Shown here: positions 18,581 to 28,495 of the stretch, in pieces
How positions within the stretch are numbered: the stretch's first letter is position 1
Layout: the number at the start of each line of letters is the position of its first letter
Assembly (NCBI GenBank): GCA_045600205.1
Contig: JAZRXM010000029.1
Coordinates: 58,911-122,910, forward strand
DNA: 64,000 nucleotides
Origin: Oscillospiraceae bacterium
GTDB taxonomy: Bacteria; Bacillota; Clostridia; Oscillospirales; Ruminococcaceae
Reading direction: 5' to 3'
The notes under the pieces: model-generated
Seen by the model: only the letters and a program-made list of their open reading frames with translations
The model's database searches: none
What the model was told of the DNA's origin: nothing
Made by a program: the position numbers and the translations under genes

Positions 18581-19837
18581 ATGGAACAGCTTACACACGT
18601 TGAACAACTTGGAAAAAATGCCAAGGCAGTCGCAACGGCCCTTGCTTCGGCATCTCCCAAACAGAAAAATGACGCGCTTGCGGCAATCGCCGATGCACTG
18701 ATTGCACGTACTGACGAAATCATCAAGGAAAATCAGGTTGACCTTGAAAATGCAGTCAAGAACAATATGTCCAAGGCAATGCAGGACAGACTGCTGCTGA
18801 ATGCAGCAAGAATCGAGGGCATTGCGGACGGCGTGCGCAAACTCATCTCGCTGGACGAGGTGGTTGGCAAGGTGGACGAGGGCTTTGTCCGCCCGAATGG
18901 CTTGAAAATCCAGAAAACCCGTGTTCCGCTGGGTGTCATCGGCATTATTTTTGAGAGCCGTCCGAATGTGACGGTGGATGCGGCAACACTCTGCCTGAAA
19001 GCAGGAAACTGCGTGATTTTGCGCGGCGGCAAGGAGGCATTCTCCTCGAATGTCTGCCTGACCAACATCATGCGTGATGCGGTTGCCTCTGTCGGGCTGC
19101 CCGCAGATGTCGTTCAGCTGGTACAGGATACCACGCGTGAATCCTCAAATCAACTGATGAAACTTTCGCAGTACCTTGATGTGCTGATTCCTCGCGGCGG
19201 CGCAGGTCTGATCAATGCAGTTGCGCAGAATGCCACGGTACCTGTCATTCGCACGGGTACGGGCAACTGCCACGTTTTTGTCGATGCTTCCGCAGATCTG
19301 GAAATGGCTGTCAACATTGTGGATAACGGCAAAACACAGCGTCCGTCCGTATGCAACGCGGTGGAAAGCGTGCTGATTCATCGCGAGGCCGCTGCAAAAT
19401 TCCTGCCGATGATGAAAGCGCGTCTGGATGCCCACAGCGTCACGCTGCACGGCGATGCGGATACGCAGCAGATTCTCGGCGAGTGCGTACTGCCCGCCAA
19501 TGAGGACGACTATGCCAACGAATATCTGGATTATCAGCTTGCTGTCAAGATTGTGGACGGCATTGACGAAGCAATCGCACACATTGCGCAGTACGGCACC
19601 AATCATAGTGAGTGCATCGTGACCAAATCGCTGGACAATGCAAACCGTTTCCAGCGTGAGGTGGATGCAGCCGCAGTATATGTCAACGCATCTACGCGCT
19701 TTACAGACGGCGGCGAGTTCGGCTTCGGTGCAGAGATCGGCATTTCCACGCAGAAGCTTCATGCACGCGGACCGATGGGTCTGATGGAATTGACCACGGT
19801 CAAATATCTGATCAACGGCGACGGTCAGATCCGCTGA
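18581..19837 (+). CDS. proA: Glutamate-5-semialdehyde dehydrogenase (gamma-glutamyl phosphate reductase)
   Basis: PLGVIGIIFESRPNVTVDAATLCLKAGNCVILRGGKEA, the catalytic region CNAVESVLIH, and HSECIVT. Confidence 0.95.
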   Translation: MEQLTHVEQLGKNAKAVATALASASPKQKNDALAAIADALIARTDEIIKENQVDLENAVKNNMSKAMQDRLLLNAARIEGIADGVRKLISLDEVVGKVDEGFVRPNGLKIQKTRVPLGVIGIIFESRPNVTVDAATLCLKAGNCVILRGGKEAFSSNVCLTNIMRDAVASVGLPADVVQLVQDTTRESSNQLMKLSQYLDVLIPRGGAGLINAVAQNATVPVIRTGTGNCHVFVDASADLEMAVNIVDNGKTQRPSVCNAVESVLIHREAAAKFLPMMKARLDAHSVTLHGDADTQQILGECVLPANEDDYANEYLDYQLAVKIVDGIDEAIAHIAQYGTNHSECIVTKSLDNANRFQREVDAAAVYVNASTRFTDGGEFGFGAEIGISTQKLHARGPMGLMELTTVKYLINGDGQIR

Positions 19838-19872
19838 ATGCCAAAAAGGACGTACAAAAGGGCGGTGAGCGC

Positions 19873-20949
19873 ATGAACGACAGCGAAATAGAGGCACTTC
19901 TGGAGCAGCTTCGCATGGAACGGCGAATGAATGTACCGCAGCAGGAGGAGCAGGAAGCAGAGGATTATGCAATCCATCCTGAAGCTGCGGATGATGTTGA
20001 CGAACCTGATGCGGACGAAATTGCGGAAGCTGAGGATGTCATAGAACAGGATTCCTGCGGGGCGGAGCCGACAGAGCCGATTTTCGAGGAAGAATCGCAG
20101 CAGATATCCGAACCAATGTCTGCGAAATCGGAGGCATACTCTGACGACATCGTTCCGCCTGTGGTATCCGCTGCGCCTGATGCTGCAACAGATTCTTCGC
20201 AGAAGCAAACTTTTCGCGGCAGACTGCGCTCTATGATGAATGAGGATATCACGCCGCCCGCGCAAACCTATGACAGCCCCGAATGGACGCATCAGCAACG
20301 GCAGCACCGATATACGGTTTTGGGCGCGATTTTAGTCGTATTTGCAATGATTGGCATATTTTCTACGGTGCGGTTTGCAATCAGACATTTTCATCCTGCC
20401 AGCCCACAGGACGCTTATCAAGCGGAAGTTGCAGAGAAAGTCATGCCGCTGGTGGTCATGGACTGCCCGATGTTTCAGAGTGCGGCGGAACTTTCTGATG
20501 AGCAGCTGCTCATGGCAGGCATCTGGTCCATTCTGACGCATGGCGGTCTTGCGAAATATCCAGAAGAATTGGGACTTTGCAGGATCCCTGCTGCCGATGT
20601 GGATCAAGAAATCCGCAGTTTGTTTGAACTTCCGGCTGAGAAAATCCCGCAGCATCAGACTGTTGGTGCGGCGAATGATTTGTGTTGCTACTACGATGCG
20701 ACCGATAACAGCTATCGGATTCCAACGGATATTCTGCATTTTTCGTATATTCCGCAAGTGACGGAGCTGGAAAAGGACGGTGACTGCTGGTATGCCGAGG
20801 TTGCATATCTGCCTGATTTACCGGAATGGCAGCGCGTTGAAAATACCGGAACAGCTCCGATTAAAAATGTAAGAATCACGCTGATACGAGAAAACAATGT
20901 GAATACCGTGCCGACTTGGCAGGTATCCAAAATGGAGCAGATTTCATAA
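19873..20949 (+). CDS. Hypothetical single-pass membrane protein (acidic N-terminal region, one TM, ~190-aa C-terminal domain)
   Basis: An ORF with an acidic Glu/Asp-rich first ~140 aa and the TM segment YTVLGAILVVFAMIGIFSTV. I do not recognise the family. Confidence 0.65.
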   Translation: MNDSEIEALLEQLRMERRMNVPQQEEQEAEDYAIHPEAADDVDEPDADEIAEAEDVIEQDSCGAEPTEPIFEEESQQISEPMSAKSEAYSDDIVPPVVSAAPDAATDSSQKQTFRGRLRSMMNEDITPPAQTYDSPEWTHQQRQHRYTVLGAILVVFAMIGIFSTVRFAIRHFHPASPQDAYQAEVAEKVMPLVVMDCPMFQSAAELSDEQLLMAGIWSILTHGGLAKYPEELGLCRIPAADVDQEIRSLFELPAEKIPQHQTVGAANDLCCYYDATDNSYRIPTDILHFSYIPQVTELEKDGDCWYAEVAYLPDLPEWQRVENTGTAPIKNVRITLIRENNVNTVPTWQVSKMEQIS

Positions 20950-20956
20950 AGATACA

Positions 20957-21000
20957 AATCCGCCCGCATACCGTTTGTGGTATACGGGCGGATTCGTTTT
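20957..21000. terminator. Bidirectional intrinsic terminator between convergent genes
   Basis: The stem AATCCGCCCG (20957-20966) / CGGGCGGATT (20985-20994) has an A-rich 5' flank and a T-rich 3' flank. Confidence 0.6.
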
Positions 21001-21039
21001 GTCGAACAAGTATTGTTGAAGAAAGGGACTTCTGATACC

Positions 21040-22299
21040 TCACTCCGCGATTTTTCTGCACTCCATGTAGAAACGCTTGTCAGCTGCATGCCCCATCGAG
21101 AAGGTCTTTCTGGGCAGTGCGCCGTCCTTGATGACGGTCGGGAACAACTCGGATTTCTGCATATCAGGCAGAAGAATGCCCATGCTGCCCTCAGCCTGTG
21201 CCAGCTTTGCCACGACATCTGCGCCGTGAATGTAGTCGATCTTGCCGCCGTTTGCCTTCAGCCATGCATCGAGGAAACTCTGTACGCTGCCAACGGTCAG
21301 ATTGGAAGTCTGCTTGTGAATGTAATATGTGGTTTTGTTGCCGTTTACGAGGATTTCCATTGCCTGAGCCGCAGGTGCATCGGTACGGAGATCGAGCGCC
21401 GCAGTCATATCAGCCAGCAGCTTTGCGGGGTCAATCCCGTTGAGAATGCGGTGGATCGCCTCGAATTGCAATGCCTCGCTGTGCAGGTTGACCAGTTCCA
21501 CCAGTGCGTAGCGTGCAGGGCAGTTCGCGGTGTCCTCATTCGGATGCGCTGCTTTCCATTCCTCGTAGAATGCCTTGGCGGTTGCGAGAGAATGGTTGCC
21601 GTCGCCCATTGCGTAAACCAGCGGAGCCACGCCGTTTTCGAAGTTCTCAGCATTGCCGAGTGCGGTCAGGGCATCGAGGATTTTTACCTGTGCATCAGCG
21701 GGTATGAGCCAGCCCTGAATCGAGCCGCCGCCCTGCATCAGCTTGGTATTGTAAACCTGCTTCATGCCCGATTTTGCGGCAGAAAGCGGCTCAATGACGG
21801 TTTTCTTCGCATCATCCAGCAGAATCATGATGTGCGGCAGTTCCAGAGCAGCACCGCGGCGGATACGAACACGGGGAGGGATACGCTCTGCGACGGTTGC
21901 CTCGGTCGCACGCACCAGAGAGGTCGAACCCTTGGTGTAGTCGTACTGTTCGAGGTCGATCTTGCCAATCAGACCGGCGCGGCACTTGCCGTCACTCTGG
22001 ATGCGCTCAATGTAGATCATCGCATCGGAATAGGTATCAAATACATCGTTTTTGAGGTAATCCTGCATGGAGGACTGGATCTTCGCAATTCGCTCGGTGA
22101 CGTCATTATCTTCGAGGTAAAGTTCCGGGAGAATCAGGCGCAGGGTGGAGGGCTTTTCGCCGACAATGCGCTCGGTTTCTGCCCAGTAGGCAGGTTCGCC
22201 CGTGTACTGGTCACAGGCACAGACTGCCCATGCCTCGGACATTGCGGACTGCTTCGGCAGCAAGATGTCTGCTGCGCTGAATGCGGTTTTTGCGTTCAT
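21040..22299 (-). CDS. DUF1015 family protein
   Basis: A 419-aa ORF. The N-terminus ...ILLPKQSAMSEAWAVCACDQYTGEPAYWAE resembles the ACDQ(Y/F)T block I associate with DUF1015. This is from memory and unverified. Confidence 0.7.
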   Translation of the reverse strand: MNAKTAFSAADILLPKQSAMSEAWAVCACDQYTGEPAYWAETERIVGEKPSTLRLILPELYLEDNDVTERIAKIQSSMQDYLKNDVFDTYSDAMIYIERIQSDGKCRAGLIGKIDLEQYDYTKGSTSLVRATEATVAERIPPRVRIRRGAALELPHIMILLDDAKKTVIEPLSAAKSGMKQVYNTKLMQGGGSIQGWLIPADAQVKILDALTALGNAENFENGVAPLVYAMGDGNHSLATAKAFYEEWKAAHPNEDTANCPARYALVELVNLHSEALQFEAIHRILNGIDPAKLLADMTAALDLRTDAPAAQAMEILVNGNKTTYYIHKQTSNLTVGSVQSFLDAWLKANGGKIDYIHGADVVAKLAQAEGSMGILLPDMQKSELFPTVIKDGALPRKTFSMGHAADKRFYMECRKIAE

Positions 22300-22367
22300 G
22301 GTAGTTTACCAACCTTTCTGCGGATGACTCCGCTTAAAAAATGCCTAATGAAAAAAAGAAAAAGGTG

Positions 22368-22396
22368 TTTACAAATCGGCGGCGTTGTGCTATAAT
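22368..22396 (+). promoter_or_regulatory. Sigma-A promoter for the NUDIX gene (TTTACA-17-TGcTATAAT)
   Basis: TTTACA at 22368-22373, a 17-nt spacer, and TATAAT at 22391-22396. Confidence 0.55.
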
Positions 22397-22447
22397 AGAA
22401 TCAACAACATCCGTTGCAATATTTTTGAGAAAGGACCTCATGGGAAA

Positions 22448-22870
22448 ATGCTGCATGAAAAATCCTGCGGCGCAATCGTTTATCGGCGGTTTCATGGAAA
22501 TATTGAGATTTTGCTGATAAAACATATCAACAGCGGCCACTGGTCGTTCCCGAAAGGTCATGTGGAGGGTGATGAAACCGAGCTGGAAACAGCCCGACGT
22601 GAAATCAAAGAGGAAACCGGTCTGGATGTCATTCTTGACCAGACATTCCGCGAAACGGTGACCTACTCGCCTAAGCGAGATACCCAGAAGGTCGTGGTCT
22701 ATTTTCTTGCTCTGGCGCGTAATTACGATTACGTACCGCAAGAGGAGGAAATTGCGGACATCCGCTGGGTCGATATTGTTCACGCAACCCGCCTTTTGAC
22801 CTATGAAAACGACAAGACCATTGTCAACAAGGCACGCGCCGCCATCAAGCTGAACAATCACAGTATGTGA
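22448..22870 (+). CDS. NUDIX hydrolase (Ap4A-hydrolase-like)
   Basis: MLHEKSCGAIVYRR..., followed by the Nudix box GHWSFPKGHVEGDETELETARREIKEETG. Confidence 0.88.
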   Translation: MLHEKSCGAIVYRRFHGNIEILLIKHINSGHWSFPKGHVEGDETELETARREIKEETGLDVILDQTFRETVTYSPKRDTQKVVVYFLALARNYDYVPQEEEIADIRWVDIVHATRLLTYENDKTIVNKARAAIKLNNHSM

Positions 22871-22894
22871 TGCGAGGCGAAAAACTATCAACCG

Positions 22895-22931
22895 AAGAAA
22901 GCTGAGGAATTTCACCTCGGCTTTCTTTTTT
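22895..22931. terminator. Intrinsic terminator shared by the convergent NUDIX and HAD genes
   Basis: A 13-bp stem AAGAAAGCTGAGG / CCTCGGCTTTCTT (one G-U pair) with loop AATTTCA and a T-run after it. Confidence 0.6.
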
Positions 22932-23763
22932 ATGCGTATCTGGAGAGAAATTGTGCGATCCAGTCCGCGAAAAAGCCGTTGGCGCAGGTTTTCTCGGCAC
23001 AATAGCCGCCAACCTGTGCGATCGTGTCACGCACGATTGGCTGTGCATCTGCGGGGCATCCGGCGTAGTCGGCACGGCGGAGCATTTCGATGTCGTTATC
23101 GAAATCGCCTGTGGTGCCGATGATCGTGTCAGCGGGCAGATATTTGCGTAAAAGCGGCAAAGCAGAGCCTTTCGATACGCCCTTCGGGAGAATTTCGAGA
23201 AACCAGTCGTGTGAGCGGGTAAAAGCGATACCGTCATATTCAGGCTGCGCCACGACTTTCAGCATCTCGTCAACGACTTCCGGTGCGGCAGCAAACAGCG
23301 ATTTACAGCATCCCGTGACCGGCAGTTCCTCCAGCGTGCGGAAAACAGGGTCAATGTGGGTGATGGCGAGGTGTTTGCGCTCGTATTCGCCGTCTTGCAG
23401 GACGAAAACGCCTTCAAAATTCAGCAATTCCGCGCCTGCACTCGGAAAATCACGCATCAGCCTGCGGATGAGCGGCTCTGCGCACTGCGGCAGAAGCGTC
23501 TGCTCTACGGGTTTATCGGCTTTGGTGTCGTACAGCACACCGCCGTTATAGAGAATCGCGGGGACATCGGGACGCAGCAGATCAAAGTAGGGTTTGGTTG
23601 CCTGCACGCCGCGACCCGTTGCAATGCCGAATAATCCGCCTTTTGCGCGGAAATCGGCGATTGCAGCCGCGTCAATGGGATTCAGGGTTTTATCGGGCAG
23701 CAGCAGTGTGCCGTCCAGATCGGTGATGAGGGCAAGTCCCTCATAGGGTAGAGATGTACGCAT
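22930..23763 (-). CDS. Cof-type HAD-IIB family hydrolase
   Basis: LITDLDGTLL motif I, then GIATGR, and a C-terminal GDFDNDIEML motif. Confidence 0.85.
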   Translation of the reverse strand: MRTSLPYEGLALITDLDGTLLLPDKTLNPIDAAAIADFRAKGGLFGIATGRGVQATKPYFDLLRPDVPAILYNGGVLYDTKADKPVEQTLLPQCAEPLIRRLMRDFPSAGAELLNFEGVFVLQDGEYERKHLAITHIDPVFRTLEELPVTGCCKSLFAAAPEVVDEMLKVVAQPEYDGIAFTRSHDWFLEILPKGVSKGSALPLLRKYLPADTIIGTTGDFDNDIEMLRRADYAGCPADAQPIVRDTIAQVGGYCAEKTCANGFFADWIAQFLSRYA

Positions 23764-23774
23764 GGATACTCCTT

Positions 23775-26408
23775 TTACTGGTGCAAAAGATTCGCTAAAT
23801 CAAGCAAAAGTTCACGGCACTCGGCATCGGAAAGTTCTCCGACGTGCGTTTTGGAAAGCTGCTGAATGACCTGTGCTTCGGCATCGGCAAAAAAGCTGAT
23901 CTGCCCTTGCGATTCCTCGGCGAGCTTGGCTTGGTGCGCAGCTTTTTCGGCGCGACTCTGCGCTTCCAGTTCAGTCAGAAGTTCTTTTGCACGGGATGTG
24001 ACCTTTGTCGGCAGACCTGCCAGCTTGGCAACCTCAATGCCGTAGCTGTCATCTGCGGCACCGCCTACGATCTTGCGCAGAAATCGAATCGTATCGCCGT
24101 GTTTTTTCACGGCAATGCTGAGATTTCGTACACCTTCACATTGACCTTCCAGCATGGTCAGCTCGTGGTAATGGGTCGCAAACAGGGTCTTGCAGCCGAT
24201 TTGTTTGCCTGCGATATGCTCAGCGACTGCACGGGCGATGCTGATGCCGTCAAAGGTGGAAGTGCCGCGCCCGACCTCATCGAGAATGACAAGGCTATCC
24301 TTGGTTGCGTGCTTTAAAATAGTAGAAACCTCGTGCATTTCAACCATAAATGTACTCTCGCCTGCGGTCAGGTCATCCGATGCGCCGACACGGGTGAAAA
24401 TCTGATCCACAACGGAAATCTTGGCGTAGGAGGCGGGAACAAAGCTGCCCATCTGCGCCATCAGAACGATCAGTGCCGTTTGACGCATATACGTGGATTT
24501 ACCACTCATGTTCGGACCTGTGATGATCGCGAGGCGATTGGCTTTCTGGTCAAGCAGCACATCATTCGGCACAAACACGCTGTCGGTCAGCATTTGCTCG
24601 ACAACAGGGTGTCTGCCGTCGTGGATCTCGATTTTGCCGTCCACGGCGATTTCCGGCTTGCAGTACTGATTTTCGACTGCAACAACGGCAAGCGAGCAGA
24701 GGACATCCACCTGTGCCACTGCCGAGGCGGTCTGTTGGACAATGGCAAGCTTTTCTGCGAGAAATTCACGTAACTGCGAGAAAATTTCGCTTTCCAATGC
24801 CAATGCCTTGTCCTTTGCACCGATGATGGTATTCTCGGCATTTTTCAGTTCCTGCGTGAGAAAACGCTCGCAGTTCGCAAGGGTCTGCTTGCGGATCCAG
24901 TCATCAGGTACGAGATCAAAGTAAGAGCGGCTGACTTCAAGATAGTAGCCAAATACGCGATTATAGCCTGTTTTCAGGTTTTTGATGCCTGTGCGTTCCC
25001 GTTCGCGCTCCACGATTTCTTCAATCAGTTCGCTGCCGTGATTCATTGCGTGGCGCAGAGAATCAAGTTCCTCATGGAAGCCGTCGCGAATCACGCCGCC
25101 GTCTTTGAGCAGCACAGGCGGTTCGTCCACAATGGCGCGTTCAATCAGAGCGGAAATCTCGTCCAGAGGCGAAATTTGCGTTTCCAGCGATTGCAGCAGC
25201 TTGCTCTGCGGGAGCGATTTCAGCAAGGCTTTGATATCGGGAAGCTGCAATGCGGTCTGCGAAAGGGCTTTGAGGTCACGCGGGGTTGCTTTTTGGAACA
25301 TGACGCGGGACATCAGGCGTTCCAGATCGAAAACCTTGTCCAGCAAATCACGCAAATCGGTCGTTGCTACGGTGTTTTTCGATAGAACCTCTACAGCACT
25401 CAGACGCTCCAGAATGCGTACAGGAGCGGTCAGCGGCTGTTCCAGCCATGTGCGAAGCATACGTCTGCCCATGGCGGTCTGTGTCTGGTCAAGCACGCCG
25501 AACAGCGAGCCTTTTTTCTCGTGGGAACGGAGTGTTTCAGTCAGTTCGAGGTTGCGGCGGGCGTTGGCATCCAATCCCATGACGCCCTCTTTGCCGTGAA
25601 TTTTGATTTCGGTGAAGCGTCCGACCAGAGCGCACTGTGTTTCTGCAACATATTGAAACAGACCGCAGGCACATGCACTGTCTGCGCCTGTTTCGGAGAG
25701 CCCAAGCGCGGAGAAAGAATCTGCTGAGCATTGTTTCAGCACCATATCACGCTGCTTTTGCTGCGAGAAGCAGACGTCATCACGCAGCGTGACCATACAG
25801 GTCGTGCGTGTGCGGAGGTAATCCGTGACGGGCTTGCGGTCAAGGAAACTCCCGGAAATCAGCAGTTCGGAGGGCTGGTAGCGGTCGAGGAGGGAAATCA
25901 ACTCATCGTTGGTATTTTTACCGTCCGCGTGGTGCAGATTGACCGCACCCGTGGAGATATCGGCAGCACAAAAAACGGTTTCCTCGCCCTGTGTCCATAC
26001 TGCCGCAAGGTAATTGCAGCTTGATTCATCGAGCATGGTGGACTCAATGATCGTACCCGGTGTGACAATGCGGATAATGCCGCGTTCCACAAGGCCCTTG
26101 ACGTTGGCAGGATCTTCCAGTTGCTCTACAATGGCAACGCGGTAGCCGAAGCCGACCAGTCGTTTGAGGTACTGTTCCACGGCATGGTAGGGTACGCCGC
26201 ACATGGGTGCACGTTCGGAAAGACCGCAGTCACGACCTGTCAGGGTCAGTTCCAGCAGTTTGGATACCAGTACGGCATCATCGAAGAACATCTCATAAAA
26301 ATCTCCCAGACGGAAGAAAACGATTGCGTTTCCCGCAGCCTCTTTGATGGAGAGGTACTGCTGCATCATGGGAGAAAGTTTGTCGAGCGGAATCTGATTC
26401 GTATCCAT
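23775..26408 (-). CDS. mutS: DNA mismatch repair protein MutS
   Basis: MDTNQIPLDKLSPMMQQYLSIKEAAGNAIVFFRLGDFYEMFFDDA, Walker A ITGPNMSGKSTYMRQ, and DEVGRGTSTFDG. The start chosen is the ATG at 26408, 5 nt after the upstream stop. Confidence 0.96.
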   Translation of the reverse strand: MDTNQIPLDKLSPMMQQYLSIKEAAGNAIVFFRLGDFYEMFFDDAVLVSKLLELTLTGRDCGLSERAPMCGVPYHAVEQYLKRLVGFGYRVAIVEQLEDPANVKGLVERGIIRIVTPGTIIESTMLDESSCNYLAAVWTQGEETVFCAADISTGAVNLHHADGKNTNDELISLLDRYQPSELLISGSFLDRKPVTDYLRTRTTCMVTLRDDVCFSQQKQRDMVLKQCSADSFSALGLSETGADSACACGLFQYVAETQCALVGRFTEIKIHGKEGVMGLDANARRNLELTETLRSHEKKGSLFGVLDQTQTAMGRRMLRTWLEQPLTAPVRILERLSAVEVLSKNTVATTDLRDLLDKVFDLERLMSRVMFQKATPRDLKALSQTALQLPDIKALLKSLPQSKLLQSLETQISPLDEISALIERAIVDEPPVLLKDGGVIRDGFHEELDSLRHAMNHGSELIEEIVERERERTGIKNLKTGYNRVFGYYLEVSRSYFDLVPDDWIRKQTLANCERFLTQELKNAENTIIGAKDKALALESEIFSQLREFLAEKLAIVQQTASAVAQVDVLCSLAVVAVENQYCKPEIAVDGKIEIHDGRHPVVEQMLTDSVFVPNDVLLDQKANRLAIITGPNMSGKSTYMRQTALIVLMAQMGSFVPASYAKISVVDQIFTRVGASDDLTAGESTFMVEMHEVSTILKHATKDSLVILDEVGRGTSTFDGISIARAVAEHIAGKQIGCKTLFATHYHELTMLEGQCEGVRNLSIAVKKHGDTIRFLRKIVGGAADDSYGIEVAKLAGLPTKVTSRAKELLTELEAQSRAEKAAHQAKLAEESQGQISFFADAEAQVIQQLSKTHVGELSDAECRELLLDLANLLHQ

Positions 26409-26413
26409 GGTAA

Positions 26414-26827
26414 TCAGTGGCAGCCGCCGCAAGAGGAGCAGTTACCGGTGCAGCTATGCTCCGCCATGGGGTCGTAGTCATCGGGATTCTGACCAGCCGC
26501 GCTCATTGCAATGATGCGGTTGATGGAATCGAGAAGCTGCTCAAATTCGCCGCGGGCAGCCTGATAATCACGCATATGCTGATTGGACATGATCTCGCTG
26601 TAAATCTTCTTCATTTCGGCATTCAGGGCGTTGATTCGTTCAGAATCAGGTTCCGGCTTATCCTGTTCGTTGCCGATGTCGAGGCGTTTGAGATTAAACT
26701 GACCGATCAGATTCTGGAGGGATTCGTCGGCATCGTTTTCCTCGGAAGCTTTGCGAAACGCGAGATAGCGTTCATCCTGCTGCAATTCTTTGCCGAGGGA
26801 TTTTGCAAGTTCAATCATTTTTTCCAT
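26414..26827 (-). CDS. YlbF/YmcA-family (UPF0342-like) protein with a Cys-rich C-terminal tail
   Basis: MEKMIELAKSLGKELQQDERYLAFRKASEENDADESLQNLIGQFNLKRLD..., ending in HSCTGNCSSCGGCH. A GTGAGG RBS lies 9 nt upstream. Confidence 0.75.
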   Translation of the reverse strand: MEKMIELAKSLGKELQQDERYLAFRKASEENDADESLQNLIGQFNLKRLDIGNEQDKPEPDSERINALNAEMKKIYSEIMSNQHMRDYQAARGEFEQLLDSINRIIAMSAAGQNPDDYDPMAEHSCTGNCSSCGGCH

Positions 26828-26887
26828 GGTAATAGACCTCACATTCGTTTCAGTGGTAATTCGGTTGCGGTTCACGCATACTATATT

Positions 26888-26916
26888 ATTATAGCACACT
26901 TGCGCGGATATTTCAA
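26888..26916 (-). promoter_or_regulatory. Sigma-A promoter for the ylbF-like/mutS/HAD transcription unit (TTGAAA-17-TGcTATAAT)
   Basis: The minus strand reads cTTGAAAtatccgcgcaagtgTGcTATAATaat. Confidence 0.55.
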
Positions 26917-26952
26917 GAAAATTTTTTCAGGATATCGTAACTTGCGCATATG

Positions 26953-26998
26953 AAAAAAGACATCCGCAAAGCGCGAATCGGGTTTCGCTTTGCGGATG
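26953..26998 (-). terminator. Strong intrinsic terminator after cysS
   Basis: On the minus strand, a 13-bp stem CATCCGCAAAGCG / CGCTTTGCGGATG is followed by TCTTTTTT. Confidence 0.75.
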
Positions 26999-27004
26999 TT
27001 TGTT

Positions 27005-28417
27005 TTATGCTTTTTTCTCCAGTGAGGTGCCCTGACGGGTTTCACGGATTTCCCAGCCGAGTGCCTGAATCTGTGCTCTGATCTCATCTGCTTTCGCAAA
27101 ATCTTTTGCCTGACGCGCAGTTTTTCTTGCCTCAACCAGTGCCAATACCTCAGCAGGTGCCTCTACTGTTTCGGATTCGTCAGCCATTGCCTTGGCACTT
27201 TCAATCAGTCCAAGTGACAATACGCTGTCCATTGCTTCCACGCACGTGAGCTTTGTTGCTGCGGTCGTATCTGCTTTCAGAACATCATACAGCACCGTGA
27301 TTGCCTGTGCCGTATTCAGGTCATTGTCCATTGCCTCACGGAATTTTGCAAGGAATGCGTCCTTCTGCGATTCATCCACTGCGTCCTTGGCATTCAGCAG
27401 AGAGTGGATCTTTGATATGATCTTCTTATATGCAATTGCTGCATTATCGAGGTTTTCGTAAGAGAATACCAGTGACTTGCGGTAATGCGACTGCAAGCAG
27501 AAGAAACGGTATGCCAGCGGTGCGTAGCCTTTGCTTTCCAGCAGAGAAACGGTCAGAAATTCGCCCTTGGATTTGCTCATCTTGCCGCTTGTGGTGTTGA
27601 GGTGTAGAACATGGAACCAGTGTTTGCACCATTCATGTCCCAGATACGCCTCAGACTGTGCGATTTCGTTGGTATGATGCGGGAATACGTTGTCGATACC
27701 GCCGCAGTGCAGGTCGAGGGTTTCGCCGCAGTATTTCATGGAAATGCAAGAGCATTCGATATGCCAGCCGGGGTAGCCAAGACCCCACGGGCTTTCCCAT
27801 TTCAGTTCCTGATCGTCAAACTTTGATTTGGTGAACCACAGTACGAAATCCGCTTTGTTACGTTTGTTTTCGTCTGCGTCAACGCCTTCGCGCACGCCGA
27901 CTTCCAGATCTTCTTCCTTGAAATCGAGGAACACGTAGTACTGCTTCAGTTTCGAGGTGTCGAAGTAGATATTGCCGCCTGCCTCGTAGGCATAGCCTTT
28001 TTCCAGAAGTGACGAAATCACGCGGATAAAGTCATCAATGCAGCCGGTTGCGGGCTGTACGACTTCCGGTGTTTTGATGTGTAGTTTTGCACAATCCTCA
28101 AAGAATGCATCTGTGTAGAATTTCGCAATCTCCATGACGGTTTTGTGCTCACGTTTTGCGCCTTTGAGCATTTTATCGTCACCGGTGTCGCCGTCAGAGG
28201 TCAGGTGACCAACGTCGGTGATGTTCATGACGCGCAGAACATCGTATCCGATGTAGCGCAGGTATTTATCGAGGACATCCTCCATCATGTAGGTGCGGAG
28301 GTTTCCGATGTGTGCGTAGTGATAAACGGTCGGACCGCAGGTGTACATTTTCACCTTATTTGGTTCTGCTGTTGTGAATTCTTCCTTTTTGCGGGTCAGC
28401 GAGTTATAAAGCTGCAT
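27005..28417 (-). CDS. cysS: Cysteine--tRNA ligase
   Basis: MQLYNSLTRKKEEF, CGPTVYHYAHIGNLR (HIGH motif), and KMSKSKG (KMSKS motif). Confidence 0.97.
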   Translation of the reverse strand: MQLYNSLTRKKEEFTTAEPNKVKMYTCGPTVYHYAHIGNLRTYMMEDVLDKYLRYIGYDVLRVMNITDVGHLTSDGDTGDDKMLKGAKREHKTVMEIAKFYTDAFFEDCAKLHIKTPEVVQPATGCIDDFIRVISSLLEKGYAYEAGGNIYFDTSKLKQYYVFLDFKEEDLEVGVREGVDADENKRNKADFVLWFTKSKFDDQELKWESPWGLGYPGWHIECSCISMKYCGETLDLHCGGIDNVFPHHTNEIAQSEAYLGHEWCKHWFHVLHLNTTSGKMSKSKGEFLTVSLLESKGYAPLAYRFFCLQSHYRKSLVFSYENLDNAAIAYKKIISKIHSLLNAKDAVDESQKDAFLAKFREAMDNDLNTAQAITVLYDVLKADTTAATKLTCVEAMDSVLSLGLIESAKAMADESETVEAPAEVLALVEARKTARQAKDFAKADEIRAQIQALGWEIRETRQGTSLEKKA

Positions 28418-28458
28418 AGCGGTTTCCTTTCTGTTGATGGAAAATTGTTTCGCACAAT

Positions 28459-28487
28459 ATTATAGCACATACTCGCAATAAAGTCAA
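28459..28487 (-). promoter_or_regulatory. Sigma-A promoter for cysS (TTGACT-17-TGcTATAAT) with a short leader
   Basis: The minus strand reads cTTGACTttattgcgagtatgTGcTATAATatt. The leader is only ~40 nt, so there is no T-box. Confidence 0.55.
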
Positions 28488-28495
28488 GAATGGAA

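Noticed and set aside
20977-22395. A 472-aa plus-strand ORF.
   Set aside because: It is the antisense shadow of the DUF1015 gene and runs through the convergent terminator and promoter regions. It has no RBS or motifs.
28418-28495. A T-box leader for cysS. The same question was asked for proBA at 17632-17743 and ilvE at 35104-35172.
   Set aside because: The leaders are only ~30-70 nt from their predicted promoters. That is too short for a T-box, and I saw no T-box sequence (AATTAGGGTGGTACCGCG-like) or specifier/antiterminator architecture.
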